Notes: generated from the sequence alone by a model not told the origin. DNA of 64,000 nt from the human T2T-CHM13v2.0 reference genome, Homo sapiens (GCF_009914755.1 NC_060947.1); one strand, 5' to 3'; shown: positions 31,969 to 50,294, counted from the first letter of the stretch. Program-made: numbers and translations.

Positions 31969-32192
31969 CAGGAGTGGGCAAACTATGGTCTGAGGGCCAA
32001 ATCGATCCTTTGCCTGTTGGTATAAATAAAGGTGTATTAGTACACAGCCATGTCCGTTCATTTGAGTATTGTCCATGGCTGTGTTTGTGCAACAATGGCA
32101 CTGTTGAGTAGTTGCAGTATTGAACTGCTTGGTCCACAGAGCTGAAAATGTTTACTCTCTGGCCCTTTCCACAAAAAGTTTGTTGACCCCTA
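31969..32192 (+). mobile_element. MER58A DNA transposon fossil
   Basis: caggagtgggcaaactatgg...gggccaaatc...ggccctttccacaaaaagtttgttgacccct. Confidence 0.85.
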
Positions 32193-33277
32193 TTGCTGTG
32201 TAATGAGTTTTAGCATAAGTCAAGAGACAAACTGAAGAGGATGGGATAGACTTCCGTGGTTTCTACTTTAAAAGATCTTAAGTTGAGTCCTGGCTGTCTC
32301 TGCCTCGTTACTTAGCTTTCTTCGACTTGCTTTCTTCACCTACAAAGTGATGAAGGTAATGCTGACCCCTTGGTTTTGTTATGAAGATTAAATGAAACAA
32401 TGAAAACAAATGTGAAAGCACCTTGTGAACTACTATACAAACCTCAGATATTATTATTACTATTCTTTATGAGAAGGTGACAGGTAATACACACACGTAA
32501 TTAGTAAAGAATTAGAATAGCCATGGCACTTAAAAACTTTGCAGCACTTAATGCAAAAGCATTACCTTAAAACTTGCATCTACATTTTAAAGCAACAATT
32601 GTATCAGCTATGGTCACATGGTAACTCAGCTCTTCCTATTCTCCACAACCAGTTAAGCCATTGTATCTGCTCATCTGACAACACTGATTCAGAGTGTAAA
32701 ACCCTACTCAGGGCAAGGTCTTCAGACTGCAGTAGAATTATTTAGCCTTCAGAGAGCTCAAGAAAAATTTCTAGGCTTGAAGATACGTATCTTTACGTTC
32801 TTGAAGTTAAAATTCATCAGATAAAGTTATCTTACCATGAAGAGGGGTATATTAGTGACCAAGGGTATTTGGGAACCATCTGGGGATTATATTTGACAAA
32901 TATGGAAGCAGACTTCAGTAAGACTTTCACCCTCAAAATTCGTGTTTGCATAATCACTTTAAAAAATTTAAATGTTTGAATGTATTATCTTTAAGTTAAA
33001 AGCCAGAACTTCTTTATGATAGAATTACCAGTTTTGTGGGGTTTTTTGTTTTTTGTTTTTTCTATACTCAGTGATCTTTCCTTTTCAGTCATGGAATTTG
33101 TAGTGATTGATTTTGCCATAGCATTTTAGGTTTAACTATTTTTAGGTCATACATATTTGTGAACTACTAAACTACGTTAAATTGAACTGCCAAAAGCTCA
33201 CATCAAAGTTCCTTAAAATATTCATATCCTTTGGCCTGCACTTCTACTTCTGGGAAATAATATTGAGGAAATAAGGT

Positions 33278-33550
33278 GGCTGGGCACGGTGGCTCACGCC
33301 TACAATCCTAGCACTTTGAGAGGCTAAGGTGAGCCGATTGAGCTCAGGAGTTCAAGATCAGCCTAGGCAACATGGTGAAACCCCGTCACTACCAAAAATA
33401 AAAATAAAAAAATGCACTGGGTGTGGTGGCGCGGCCTGTATTCAGCAGGCTGAGGTGGGAGGATGGCTTGAGTCCAGGAGGTGGAGGTTGCAGTGAGCTG
33501 AGATTGTGCCACTGCACTTCAGCCTAGGTGACAGAGCCAGACCCTGTCTC

Positions 33551-33601
<51 letters not shown>
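33278..33601 (+). mobile_element. AluJ with a pure (AAT)17 tail
   Basis: Alu body followed by AAT repeats at 33551-33601. Confidence 0.92.
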
Positions 33602-33602
<1 letters not shown>

Positions 33603-33764
33603 CTACACACACTATTGTGTTCACAGACGTATATATATGTGATGTTTGTATTAAAGGCAACAACAACAGCAACATCAAAACACTTTGTGACAATAAAAAT
33701 GTCTAAAATTAAGGAATTGGTTACAAAAATTGTGGTATGGTCATTCAAAGGCCTATCGCTAGTC

Positions 33765-34300
33765 CTTTTATCTACTGCTGCATAACAAACCACCTGGACA
33801 CTTAGTGGCTTAAAGCAAGCCATGTGTATTTTGCTCACAAGTCTGTGATTTTTGGAAGGGCTCAGTGGGTACAGCCACCTCTGCCCTATTTGGCACCAGC
33901 TGCTGTGGCTCGAAGTCTAGAGGCTGCAGTCATCTGGAGACTCGCTCATTGCGTGGCTGACAGTTGATGCTGGTTGTTGCCTGAGACCTCAGTGGGAGCT
34001 GTCAGCTGGAACATATATATACAGTTTCTCCATGTGGCTTGGGCTCCCTCACAACATGCTGTCTGGGTTCCAAGGGTGAATGTTCTAAGAGGAGGCTAGG
34101 CAGAAGTCATATCACCTTTTACAATCTCTCTTGGAAATCACATGGTGTTACTTCTGCTGGACTGAGGCAGTCATAAAACTTCACCCATGTTCAAGGTAAG
34201 GGGCCATATATTCTACCTCTTGGTGGGGCATGGTGAGGTTCAGAAAGTATGCGGGGGCGAATGGAAAGGTTGCTGTTGTCATTTTGGAGAGTACAATCAC
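33765..34300 (-). mobile_element. MLT1 (F/G-like) LTR
   Basis: tctactgctgcataacaaaccacc...cttagtggcttaaagcaa...ctccatgtggcttgggctccctcacaacatg. Confidence 0.75.
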
Positions 34301-34547
34301 TTGTAATTATACAGTCATTAAAATGATATAGCACATCCAAATTTATTCACACGAAAGGACATTCAAATGATAGTGAATGCTGAGTTGGCAGTGTAGCTAT
34401 GGTGTCATTCAGTAGAAATAACACTGGCACTTAATAGACACTCAATAAACATTTGTTGAATAAACCTTTGTGTAAAAACAAATAATATCTTTTGTTTGTG
34501 CCTATAGTGAAAACATTCTGTGAGAAGCTACATCAAAATGTTAATAT

Positions 34548-34673
34548 GAGTTGGGCACGGTGGCTCATGCCTGTAATCCTAGCACTTTGGGAGGTGGAAA
34601 TGGGAGGATCGCTTGAGCCCAGGAGTTCAAAACCAGCCTAAGCAACATAGTGAGACCCCATCTCAATAAAAAA
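34548..34673 (+). mobile_element. FLAM_C / free left Alu monomer
   Basis: Single monomer with an A tail and TSD aaaatgttaatat. Confidence 0.88.
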
Positions 34674-35760
34674 AAATGTTAATATTGGTTATATTTCTGT
34701 GATGGGATTGCAATTTAACTTTTCTAAGATTGTGAGCTTATAATATTCTTATAATAAATGTGCATAGAAAATTAAACTGTATTTCAAAATGAACCTCAGA
34801 GGACAATAACCTGAGTTGATTGTCAGAAAGTTTGACCTAATTTCTTTTCTTTTCCTTTCTTTTTATCTTTTTTTTTTCTTTGTAGATAATTGAAACCTAA
34901 TTATTATGCTCCCTGGCAAAGCACTTTTTCTTTTTTCTGCTTGTGGGAAGAATTTATTGTTCAGCTATCTGTAAGCATTTAATTGCTGCAAAGTATTTAA
35001 CGGATGTAAAAATAAAAATTTTATTTTTCATTTGTGTAACACAAGAGCACCAGCAACATAAAATGCATTTTAAAAAAGATAGCTCGTTAAAATAAATATA
35101 ATTTGACTCCAAATTAGTCATACCTCAGTGAGAATAATAAATAAACTCACATTTAAATCAGTGAATTAGCAGGATATAGTTCAATGGAGACAAGGATATC
35201 AGAAAAGAAAAAGCATGGTGTTCATGTAATGTTCTATGCTGTACTCTCACTACCTTTTCCCTGATCATTAATATTTTAAAAAATATATTAAAATACAACT
35301 TATTTTTGGAAGTCAAATTGCTAACTTCTCGTATAACAATACTTTGAAAGTGCTTTTAAACCAGCTTCTAGAAGTTATATATGGACAAATTTGAATGTCA
35401 GATTACCTCTCTGGTAAGAGAGCAATCCACAGGCAAAGGGTCAAATCTGGGGCATTGGGTGGAAGTTGATTAAACACACAGTCCTGAAATAATGAGAGTC
35501 ATTTGTGTGAAACTAGAAGGAGAGTATAGCTTTAACTGAACTTATAGACCAGTTTAACAGTAATCAGCTTTTAGTCAACTTTGGCATACTGTGCTCAATT
35601 GTAGTCATTTTCTCTTCCTTGATCTCAACTGAAATCTCTCATACTTTACGTGAGAGCTGTTATTTCAACCCTTGAAAGGTCACTCTTCTGAAAGAATGCT
35701 TGGATGAACTCAGCCCTGATTCTCTAGAAATAAAAAGTTTCACTTCAAATGTTTCTATCA

Positions 35761-36092
<332 letters not shown>

Positions 36093-36268
36093 TGAATCTG
36101 GAAGCTACTGTCTTTGGTCCTCCTCTTTGGATTTGGACCTTCTCTCATTATTCAATTAAATATTACACGCACAGAGACATAAACACACAAGCAAGTACTC
36201 TGTGATTTAACATGTGCTTGTAGGAGTTGAAGACTAAGTTCCAGCCATTCTGGAAGGGCAGGAGATGA

Positions 36269-36651
<383 letters not shown>

Positions 36652-36842
36652 TAAGTTAACTGCTTTAAGGAATAAATGCTCAATGTAGAAAATGTGGATA
36701 TTAAAAGATCTATCTAAGAATAAAAATCACCCATAACTAAAAAATGAAGTGACAGTCACTATTAACAGTTTGATACACATACAGGCAGATAGAGATAAAA
36801 TTCAACTAGTTGGGTGTATAGTGGAGGTGTATATATTTTTAA

Positions 36843-37233
<391 letters not shown>

Positions 37234-37763
37234 AATTGTGTCTTTTTCTAAGTGTCATTACTTTGGAATATGTAACAACTTTATTAGGTAAAATGTGCAT
37301 ATTATAAAATTTACCCATTTAAAATGACTTTTAGTAAATTTGACAAGTTATGTAGCCATCATTAAAATTCAGGTTTTTAACACCCAGTAAGACCTCTTAT
37401 GCCTATTTACGGTTAATTCCTGTTCCCACCCCAAGCCCCAGGCAACTCCTTCCTGTCTCTATAGATCTGTTTTTCTGGACATTTCATATAAGTGGAATCA
37501 TAGTCTTTTGTGTTTGCCTTCTTTTACTAAATAAAGTGTTTTTGAACTTCATGTTGTAACATGTATCATTACTCCTTTAGTGTTTATTGCTACATAGTAT
37601 TCTATTATATACATATGCCACAACTTCTATCTTTTTAAAACTAAATATCATGTCATGAATATTTTATGTCATTAAAAATTTCATGTAAATTCCCATTTCA
37701 ATGGCCATAATAGTTCATTATACTATAAAGTATTAATTTTTTCTATTGCTGTGTATTTACTAT

Positions 37764-38387
37764 TGTTGGGACTCAGAAAACAATACCCCAAAATGAAGGC
37801 CTCAGAAGCAAAAGTTTCTCTCTGACCTTCTCCTTCCCTTCTGTCTCTCAGTCACATTCTCCCTTGAGGCTAGCCATAGAAACTAGAATCCTTCTTCCCC
37901 AAGGTGGATCATAGAAACCAAAACTGCTTTTCCCCAAAGCCAGCCATAAAATCTAAAAATATCACTCTAACTTTCCCTCCACCTTATCTGTGTAAAAACT
38001 GGCCATAACGAAATTCCCTGACATACCTTGTTTGACTGTAGGTCATAACACCCCCATTCCAGAGAGGGTCTTGCCTTACACCCAGAAGGAAGGAACGCTG
38101 CTCAGAGAGGCCAAGAAGAATCTAGACAGACAGGCCTTGCTGGGTTTCCACACTCAGTCCATTAGCTTTAGATCAGGCCCTTTTTGTCCAACCCTGTTTC
38201 TACACGCTGTCCGTGCTTTGTTGAACCTAAGCATAAAAATGGATAATTTCCCCTGTATCTTTGGGCCTTCCTTCTGAAGGCTCCTATTTGTATACATTAA
38301 ATACATTTGTGTGCCTTTTCTCCAATTAATCTGTCTTTTGTGAGTTGATTTTTTCAGTGAAACTTCAGGGGACCCCTCGGCCCCTAC
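37764..38387 (+). mobile_element. ERV1 solo LTR (LTR29-like, MER4 group)
   Basis: tgttgggactcagaaaacaataccccaaaatgaaggcctcagaagc ... ggcccctaca with TG..CA termini. Confidence 0.8.
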
Positions 38388-38399
38388 ACCCCACATACT

Positions 38400-38403
<4 letters not shown>

Positions 38404-38446
<43 letters not shown>
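38404..38446. repeat. (CA)n microsatellite, about 21 units
   Basis: Direct reading. Confidence 0.95.
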
Positions 38447-38450
<4 letters not shown>

Positions 38451-38899
38451 CCCTACCTGTGTAGTACAAGATGGAAAGAAATAGGGTGGGATGCAGAGAC
38501 ACAAATCCAAAATTAGGTTTCTATCCAGTGGACCAGTGGATGAGAAGGTTTGTGTTTAACAAGGATGTGTCTGTGCCTCTTGCAGTTTCATGAGAATGTG
38601 AGCCATCTGGGAATCTGGTTAATGTGAAGACTCTGATCCTGTGGGTCTGGGGCATTGGGATGTGAGTCACTATCATCACCATGGCTCAGAGTCTGTGATC
38701 TTGAGAGCTGATGGTGGTGCTGACCATCCTTCTGGGGAAGGGGGTTTGGTGTCACCATCAACCCTTAAGGCTCGGGTGTGCTGGCTGGGCAGGGGGCTGT
38801 GTCTAAGGGGTTCGGGGTCAATGGATTAGGTTCCACCTTCTTCATCTCTTATATGCCCAAGAGACTAGGCTTCATCATCACCAATATCTTCTGCATAGA

Positions 38900-39121
38900 T
38901 CTAGTGTTGGTCAACATGGATGACTCACTTCCAGGTTTACTGAGACCAGCAGCTTCCCACATACATTGACTACCTTTCTTATGCCCACAACATGGCCCCC
39001 ACAGATGTAAAACTATGATCAAATAAAATTGTATGCCTTTTCTCCTATTAATCTGCCTCTTGTCTGAAATTTTCAGCAAACCTCCACAGGGCAAGGGTAA
39101 AGCTTTCCCTTAGTCCCAACA
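38900..39121 (+). mobile_element. MER4-group LTR 3' fragment
   Basis: aataaa at 39022, then ttaatctgcctcttgtc...cagcaaacctcc...aagctttcccttagtcccaaca. Confidence 0.65.
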
Positions 39122-40248
39122 CTATTATAAAAAATACTTTGTTGTTGCAGATTGAGGTCTCCAGAAACACATGCTGAGGTGGAATTTGGGGTGAAGATAC
39201 TTACTAGAGATCCACATCAGTAAAGAGAAGGGGGAAGAAGCAAGATTGGGCAGACAAAGCAGCCAAACTGCAATCCAGGCCCTACAAATCCTTGGACAAC
39301 CTGGCTGAGAGCTCTGGAACAAGCGTTGCAGATCAGAATTGTCTCATGTGGGATATAGATGGTTGTGTCTTTATGTCCCTGTCTTTCTCAGGCATCAGAT
39401 GCAGGCTGCTCTGGGAAGCAGGGGACATTGGGTGAAGTGACTCTCTATAATTGTGCAGCCTCTGAGCTGTGACCTTATGGGTGGAGGTGTCTGTGGACCC
39501 CATTCCAGGAGTGAGATAGCAAGTCCTTCCTTGGAAGGGGATCTTGGCAGTGCATCTTTGTGTTTGCCCAACCCTTGGAATTGCCCGTCTAATATCCACT
39601 GTTACCTTTATTTTGACTAACAGAACACCCAAATTTCATTTGCAGCTCCGGTGTTTTACATATTCTCTGCCCTGACCTCCTTCAGAGGTAGGAAGGACCA
39701 AGTAACATAGTTGGGCCAAATAGATAGAGCCATAAATTTCTAGATAATTTTATCTAGACACGATAATTTTATCAATAAAAGAGACAAAACCTCCCAAGGA
39801 TGAGTCTTTTGTCTCTTAAATTTCTCCCTTTTTCCTGCCTGGAACTTGAGACTATGAAGACAAAAGTCAGCCTAAAGAAGGCAGGGCAAGAAGCTACCTG
39901 GGTGATTTTCTCAAACAACTGTATCGGCTTGGGACTGCCAAATGCCTGGCTTCTTGCACGAGAAAAATACCCCCATCACCTTCTTTTGTTCAATTCAGTA
40001 TGGTAGGGTTTCTGTTACAGGCAGCCAAATGTAGTCCTGTCTGGAACAGTATGTTAGATATGTTAGCATATACAGTAGATGTGCATTTGTGATTATTTCT
40101 TTCAGATTGAGTCCAAGTGAGAATGGTGAGTCAAAATATTTTTAAAGTTCTTTGTGCCTATTGCGAAAGCTTTACAGGAGGGTTTTACATATTTTATTTT
40201 AATCAGTAGGACATGAGATTTTCTTACTGAATTATGCCAACATTAAAC

Positions 40249-40685
40249 ATTTTTTAAAAAGACAGGGTCTTGTTCTGTCACCCAGTCTGGAGTGCAGTGA
40301 CGTGATCATGGCTTGCTGCAGCCTTGACCTCCCAGGCTCAAGCAATCCTCTCACCTCAGCTTTCTGAGTAGCTGAGACCACAGGTGCTTGCCACTATGCC
40401 TACCTACTTTTTTTTCTATTTTTTGTAGAGATGGGGGTCTCCTTATGTTGCCCATGCTGGTCTTGAACTCCTGGACTCAAGTGATCCTCCTCCCGTCGCT
40501 TCCCCAGAGTGCTAGGATTACAGGCATGAGCCACTGCTCCCAGCCAATGCCAATATATTTTTTTCTTTTTGAGATGAGATCTTGCTATATTGCCTAGACT
40601 GGTCTCAAACTTTTGGCCTTAAGTGATCTTCCTACCTCAGCCTCCTACGTAGCTGGGATTACAAAGTGTGAGGCACGTGCTGGCT
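40249..40685 (-). mobile_element. AluJ (40249-40545) followed by an Alu monomer (40558-40685)
   Basis: Two adjacent antisense Alu bodies. Confidence 0.88.
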
Positions 40686-41678
40686 AAACATTTTTTTAAA
40701 ATCTCTTTTATTAGGAGAAAGAGGATAGAATCACATTGCATTCTTAAATGTATACACTTTGATAATTTATGAGGTTATAAAATATTTTTATTTCCTTTTC
40801 TCTAAATTATCTATTCAAAAGTATTTTTTCCCATTTTTGTAACCAGCATTTTGGTACTTTTCTTATTAGTTTGAGCTCTTTATATAAGGATATTACTTCT
40901 ATCCTCTTTCTGACAAATATTTTCCTCCTTTTTGTTGCTTGCCTTTTAATTTCATTCTTACTACTTTTTATCTTTCAGAAGGCAGAAAATTATGTTCACA
41001 AATATAGCATCAACTGTTTTGTTATTTTGTCTACGGTACTCACACCTAGACCATCCTTCCATATTTAGTGAACAAAGAAATGTACAAATCAATTTTGTCT
41101 TTTTAAAATAATTTTGCTTTTTTTCACTTGATTATTGAATTCATCTTTAATTAGTTTGTGGCATGAGGTGAGATTCAATTTTTTTTCTCAAACAGCCAAT
41201 TTTCTTCATACCCATATGTTGAGTAATCTGATGGTATATGTTAAATTCATATACTGTATTATAGGAGAGACAATGCCATATGTTAAGCAAATCCCTGTCT
41301 CTTTCCCACCTTGGCACATATGAATTGAGAAAAGAAAAAGTTCAGAACAGTCTGAGCTATGTGAGGTCTGCAAAATTTATCAGGCCATACACTGTTCTTT
41401 GTGTCACAAAAATACCTATCCTCTGGCTTTTTTCTGAAAAAGCTTGTTAACCGCTGGCCTAGTCTGTATTTATTTCTCTATCTTATTTGGTGGATGGATG
41501 TTGAGTATCCAGCAGAGGATTTTGAGGATCTAGCAGGATACAGAGCTACTAGATGGAGGGAATGTGTGCCCCATTTGACAGAATGGGACAAAGTTCCCTA
41601 ATGACTTCACTGAATTCTGATTAGATTATGTTACACCACTGAGGTGTTCAGACTTTACATGTGTTAATTATCTGTATC

Positions 41679-42051
41679 TGTATTAGTTCGTTCTCACACT
41701 GCTATAAAGAACAACCTGAGACTGGGTAATTTACAAAGAAAAGAGGTTTAATTGACTCACAGTTCTGCATGGCTGGAGAGGCCTCAGGAAACTTAACGAT
41801 CATGGTGTAAGGCAAAGGGGAAGCAAGCACCTTTATCACATGTTGGAGCAGGAGAAAGAGAGAGGGTGAAGGGGGAAGTGCCACACTTTAAAATCATCAG
41901 ATCTCATAAAAACTCACTTACTATCACAAGAACAGCACAGGGGAAATCCGCCCCATGATCCACCTCACCTCCCATCAGTTCCCTCCCCTGACATGTGGGG
42001 ATTACAATTTGACATGAGATTTGGGTGGGGACACAAAGCCAAACCATATAA
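41679..42051 (-). mobile_element. MSTA (ERVL-MaLR) solo LTR
   Basis: tgtattagttcgttctcacactgctataaag...attacaatttgacatgagatttgggtggggacaca. Confidence 0.88.
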
Positions 42052-43782
42052 ATATCTATATCTATGTATATTTATACCTACATTTATATCTATACCTACA
42101 CCAAAACTTATGTCCACACCTATATATCCATATCTATACCTAAATCTCTATCTGCCTGTCTAGTCTTTTTTTCTGGGCTTTGTATTCTAGTCTTGTGATA
42201 TCACCGTGTTTCAAATGTTGTAGATTTTTTTTTTTTTTACCTCTTCCTCTCCCCTTCCAAATGTAGATTTATAGTGCCTCTTCATGTGGTAGGGCCAATT
42301 TCCTTCTCCTTACACATTTTTTCCCCTTTTATTGGCTGTGCTTTCATGTCAATTCTTTTGGCCTAACTTTAGGATCACTTTGTCAATATCTGGAAAGAAT
42401 TTCATTGAAATTGCTTCAAAAGAATTTAATTAGAGAATTGGGCTAAATCCTAAAAGACAAGTACTCTTTATAGACAGAGAAAATAACATGTGTAAAAACT
42501 TGGAGTGTCCAGAAAACAGGAAATTTGGAGTGCTTGTTAACTCTTGGATTCATGTCTAAGGAGTGACAGGAAATGAGGGGCAGGGTGGGTGGGAGGCAAG
42601 TTATGACAATACCAACAACAATGACAACCCTCAGTTAGACTTTCAGCTAACTGTAATCAAGATGCTGAGAGTTGTTCAAGCATTACCTCAGTTAATCCTT
42701 CCCAAATATCTATGAGGTCAACACGATTTGCAACTCCATTTGACAAAGGAGACTTGGGCTTTGAGGTGTTAAGTACCTGGCTAGAGATCTCTTGGCTAGC
42801 AAGTAGTAGAGTCAATATTACAATTCAATTCAGCCTGACTTCAAAAAGCAGTATTTCCAAACCGGGCTAAAATGATTCCAATACATCATGTATGCAAAAA
42901 GAAACCATTGAAAGATTATAAGAAGAGAATCGTAAGAAGAGATTTGCACTTTGTGACAATAAGGCTGTTAGCGTTATCCTTCTAAAATATGAATTCAAGA
43001 AACTAGGTATAATGGTGGCTACTTTAGCAACATCATATTCCTACTGCTTGTATAATTGAAATCTTAATGACCAGTGCTCACCACCGACTTCAGTCCTACA
43101 ATATGTGGTTACCAAGCATTCAGTCAGGCTTCCCCTTCAAACCACTTACTACATTTGAGGTGAAGTCTATTCTTTGGGTTCAGGTCCTGTGTGATCTTGG
43201 GTGAATCACTGTACCTCTTGGTGCCTCAGTTTCCTCACCTGCATACTCAGAGGGAGGGACTAGAGATCTGTAAGGCAGTTTTCCCAAGTACTGCTCCATG
43301 TCAAAGGATTCCCTGGTCTAAATCGAAATGGGCAAAATAAGAACCATATACAGAGTTGTTCTTGGAAGGCAATTTATTCAATGGAAAGGACTCTCTTTTA
43401 TTCTGAGATTGTACCAGTTACACTTTTGTGTTGTTAGGCATTCTTTTTAGTGCTTTGAAATGATGGTGATAGTGGATGGCATCTCTATTTGTGATGGCTT
43501 TTACTGGAATCCCTACCACTGTCTCCTTGTGATTTAACTCACAGGCCCAGGATCCTCAGGAGTGTGGGAACTACATTCTGGCAGTCTTCTAATACAATAT
43601 TTTAGCTCAGTGCTGTCTAATAGAAAAATGTGAGCCATATACAGCATTTCAAATTTTCTAGTGGCCACATTATAAAAGTAGGAAGAAACATGAAATTAAT
43701 TTTAATAGTGCATTTTATTTAACTCAATATATATCCATAATACAATAATTCCAACATATAGTCAATATAAAAATTATTCATG

Positions 43783-45155
<1,373 letters not shown>

Positions 45156-45709
45156 TTATTCATGAGGTACTTTACATTCTTTTTTTGTAGTAAGTCTTTG
45201 AAATCTGGTGTGTATTTCACACTTACAGCATATATCACATTGAATTCACTATATTTCACATACCCCATAGTTATGTGTAGCTAGTGGCTACCATATTGAA
45301 CAGGTCAAGTCTAGAATTATAATTCAGAAAATAGTGTAGCTTCAGGCATCTTATGGTGGTTTTTACATGGCTCACCTTCAACATGTTGGTTTTTCCCAGA
45401 GCTTCATATTTCTTTCTCCTTCAGTCTTTAGTTGAATGAGACAAAAGGATAGTTCGAAGGTAACTAATCAACACTTCTTCCCCAATGATGAGTAGAAACT
45501 GAATTCACTATTCCTTCCCACCAACTCTTCCTCTAGCCTGACTTCCTTATCTCTAACGATCCTGTTTCAAGTAGTTTACATATTCCATTATTTTCCTGCC
45601 CTTAAATTTCTATGATGCCCCCTCTGATCGATTTGTTTATAAAAAATAAATTTTGTAAGAAAGATGCAGTAAGTTTGACTAAACACAATATATACTCTAA
45701 CTAATTTAA

Positions 45710-46067
<358 letters not shown>

Positions 46068-46483
46068 TAGGGATGATGGATATTAACAGTTCTAGCTTTG
46101 GAGAAAGAAATATATATTCAGAGAGGCTAAATGACTATCAAATATACATAGCTTGAGTACATCTATTTTTAGGATTAGACATGTTGATATTTAAAATCTG
46201 AATGAATATTACCATGTATGTATGTGTGTGTGCTTATATTTGGTTGATTCCTTCCACAAGTATTTATCAAGTATCTATTATGTGCTAGTCTACTGTTCTA
46301 GATGATGACTTCACACTAATAAACAGAAAGTCAGAGCTATTCCTGCCTTCCCAGAAGTTATAGTTTATTTGGAAAAACAGACACTAAACTTGCGAGGACA
46401 GTGAAGTGAATGAGACCTACGGAATGGGAGGTAAAAGTAGCATTAGGGAATGAAGTAGCAAAACCTAACCTCTTCTATGGTTC

Positions 46484-47070
46484 CTTGGGGACTCACTCAG
46501 AACCCAAGAGTTGGCATAAAGATTATTTTAACCTGAAGTCATTTGAGAGTCAACAGATGCAGAAAGAAGTCTTTGTGGAGCTTCCTTTTTCTGACTGAAA
46601 GCAGAAACTTCTGAGTAATGAGGACTGCCACAGATTCTTTCTTTGGGGCAGCCTCTACTCCCAGGAGAGAGACAAAGAGTAAACCTACCATAAATTCCCT
46701 CTCTGGGGGAGTTTCATGGCCACGAAGAAGATGGAAACACCAATCTCACTTATATAAACAAACATTATCACAAACTTTCTTCTCTCCTGTTGGTTTTCCT
46801 AAAAAGCCGTTTGTTTCTTTTAAATAAGCCTATTTGTTCTTTCCATAGAAGCCTTTTCTCCACTCTTTATTTCCCCTAACAAGCTAGGTATATAAGCCCC
46901 AAATTCTAACCACCCCTCTGAGTTATACATCACTGAGCACTCCTGCATGCACAATGTGTGTGTAAATAAATTCTGTCTCTTCTGTTGGTAATCTGTTTTG
47001 TCAGTTTAAATTTGCAAGTCCCCAGGCACCAAACCTAAGAGTGTAGGGGAAAAGTTTTTCCTCTCCAACC
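46484..47070 (+). mobile_element. MER34-like ERV1 solo LTR
   Basis: ttggcataaagattatttt...gtatataag near 46888...aataaa near 46965...aaaagtttttcctctccaac. Confidence 0.7.
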
Positions 47071-47279
47071 ATTTTTTTCCAGAGGAATCAACTTTTGCGA
47101 AGGGTAAGTCGGAATTAGCCTAGTTGGGTGGGAGGGATGGTGGAGAAAGTGTTCCAGGAAAACACTTGTACAAAGACCAAGAAATAAGAGAGACAAACAC
47201 TTGGGGCAAAGGACTTGAGAGACGTTCACTAGTGCTGGATTGCGAATTTTACAAAGCATGGTGAAAAAATAGATGGAGT

Positions 47280-48264
<985 letters not shown>

Positions 48265-48291
48265 GAGTTGGAGGAATAGGCAGGGGCTAGA

Positions 48292-49303
48292 CTGTGCTGT
48301 CTAATACAGTAGCCACCAGCTCCATGTAGCTATTGATCATTTGAAATGCAGTGAGTCTGAAATGAGAAGGGATGTAAATATAAAAATACACAGTATGAAA
48401 AAAAGCAAAATATCTCCTTAGTAAATTTTTAAATATTGATTATGTTATAGTAGGTGGTTAGTCAGACAGAAGCAGGGCAGGAGAGCCCCCCGCCACACAC
48501 ACACAATGAGGAATGTCAGGCAACCATCAGGTGATGGTCAGGTGGTTGTTAACTGTCTCTCTAAAATAATAATTGGTTATACCCAGTGCCAGGGAAAGAC
48601 AGCCTCCCAATACATAGAAAACACCTAAAACTGGTCATCAGCAGCTTCCTGATAAGATCTCAGGAGTTGGGCGAGTGGGCTCAAGCATGCACACTAAGAG
48701 GAAAAATGGCAGAATTTAACTGGTATATGACCTTCGTCTAGGATCACTCGACTAGAAAAGGGAAAAATGCCTCAAGTGAGCATGTGCATCACTTCAGTAA
48801 ACACACTATGCATGCAGCAACTCCCAAATGCTAGCAGGCCTCTGTGCATGTGGACAGCCCTCCCCAAGGGAAGAAGCAGGGGAGAAGAGATGCAACACTG
48901 AAGCATGCCAATATATAAAACCCCAGGTCAAAGGTCAAACAATGTACTTGAATCTCTCAAGTCACCTGCTTTGCCCTCTTCCAAGTGTACTTTACTTCCT
49001 TTCATTCCTGCTCTAAAACATCTTGATAAACTTTCACTCCTGCTCTACAACTCGCCTCAGTCTCTCACACTGCAGTTATGCCCCCTTGGTCTAAGTCTTT
49101 CTTCTGAGGAAGCAAGAATTGAGGTTGCTGCAGACCCATACGGATTCACTGCTGCTGACAATTACATGTTGAAATGATAATAACTTGAATATATTGGGTT
49201 AAATAAAATATATTATGACAATTAATTTTAATTGTTTTAATGTTGCTACCTGAAAAATTTTAATACATATGTGGCTGGCATTATATTTCTATTGGACAGC
49301 ACT
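48292..49303. mobile_element. MER33-like DNA transposon split by MER50
   Basis: ctgtgctgtctaata...; ...tattggacagcactg terminal inverted repeats. Confidence 0.78.
48443..49160 (+). mobile_element. MER50 ERV1 solo LTR
   Basis: tgttatagtaggtggttagtcagaca ... ggattcactgctgctgaca; TATA near 48912; 4-bp TSD atta. Confidence 0.88.
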
Positions 49304-50294
49304 GCTCTAGACCAGGAAGCACCTGGAAAGCTAAGTTAGGACTTGTTTGTAGAACAATGATGTATCCAAAAATAACATTAACTATAAGTGGTCACGATCA
49401 ACAATTTTCACCCAACTATATGCTGGCTAATGATCACCTTGTTTGGAACAAACAGGAGGCTGACCTTGTCCATAATCTCTGTTTTTAAAAAGTCATTATT
49501 AGTGCAATTCCAATCTCAGTAAGAAATCTTTACTTTCTTATACATTGGCTACCCTCCTGCCTCCACTTCAATAGGCATAGGGTGTAGGAACACCTCTAGG
49601 ACTCCAATACCATTTCTCCCACTTATGAAAAAGTTGAGAGATTGGAGATTCCTTTAATTCAGAAATCTACCAGGTGGTTTTGCTTTTTAGTTACAAAAAT
49701 CTGCTACTCCCTCCAAGAAGTAGAAACAAAGGATTCGCAGGGCTACTCTCAGTGGGTGAAAATGCTGACTATTCTACAAAAGGACACCACTGCCAGCTCT
49801 TAATAGCTCTTTAATGATCCGTCCAAGAATCAACATTGAAAGGACTGGATCTCAGAATGCCTCAGAGGATGTTCCCCAAATTCATATTAGTCCAAACAAA
49901 ACCAAAAGAAATATTGAGAAAAACCAAAAGAAGCTTGGAACAGGGCAATTGAGGGAAGAGAATTGTCTCCGAATTAGCAGGAATCTTCAGAATAAGGAGA
50001 GAAGATGATTTATTCATGATTGCCTGTGTGCATTCATCACTGATGACTTTTTTCCATGAAAAATCTGCTCTAATGAGGCTAATTAAAAAAAAGCTCAAAT
50101 ATCTTTACTCATGATTCAGTGTGGTTGCTTAAAAGCACATAAGATTTTTACGAATTGATTGAAGGTTTTGGTCTCTTTCTAAATATCTGGCATGGCGTCT
50201 GCGGGTGTCCTGCCAGTGGTGGTTTGTTTTTGGAGCCGTGGTTGGGCAGCAGGGGGTGGCTGTGTGCTGACATGTGGTGTATGGTGATTGAAAA

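Noticed and set aside
33442-33838. Poly-Asn / poly-Leu / poly-Ile ORFs
   Set aside because: Translations of the (AAT)n Alu tail.
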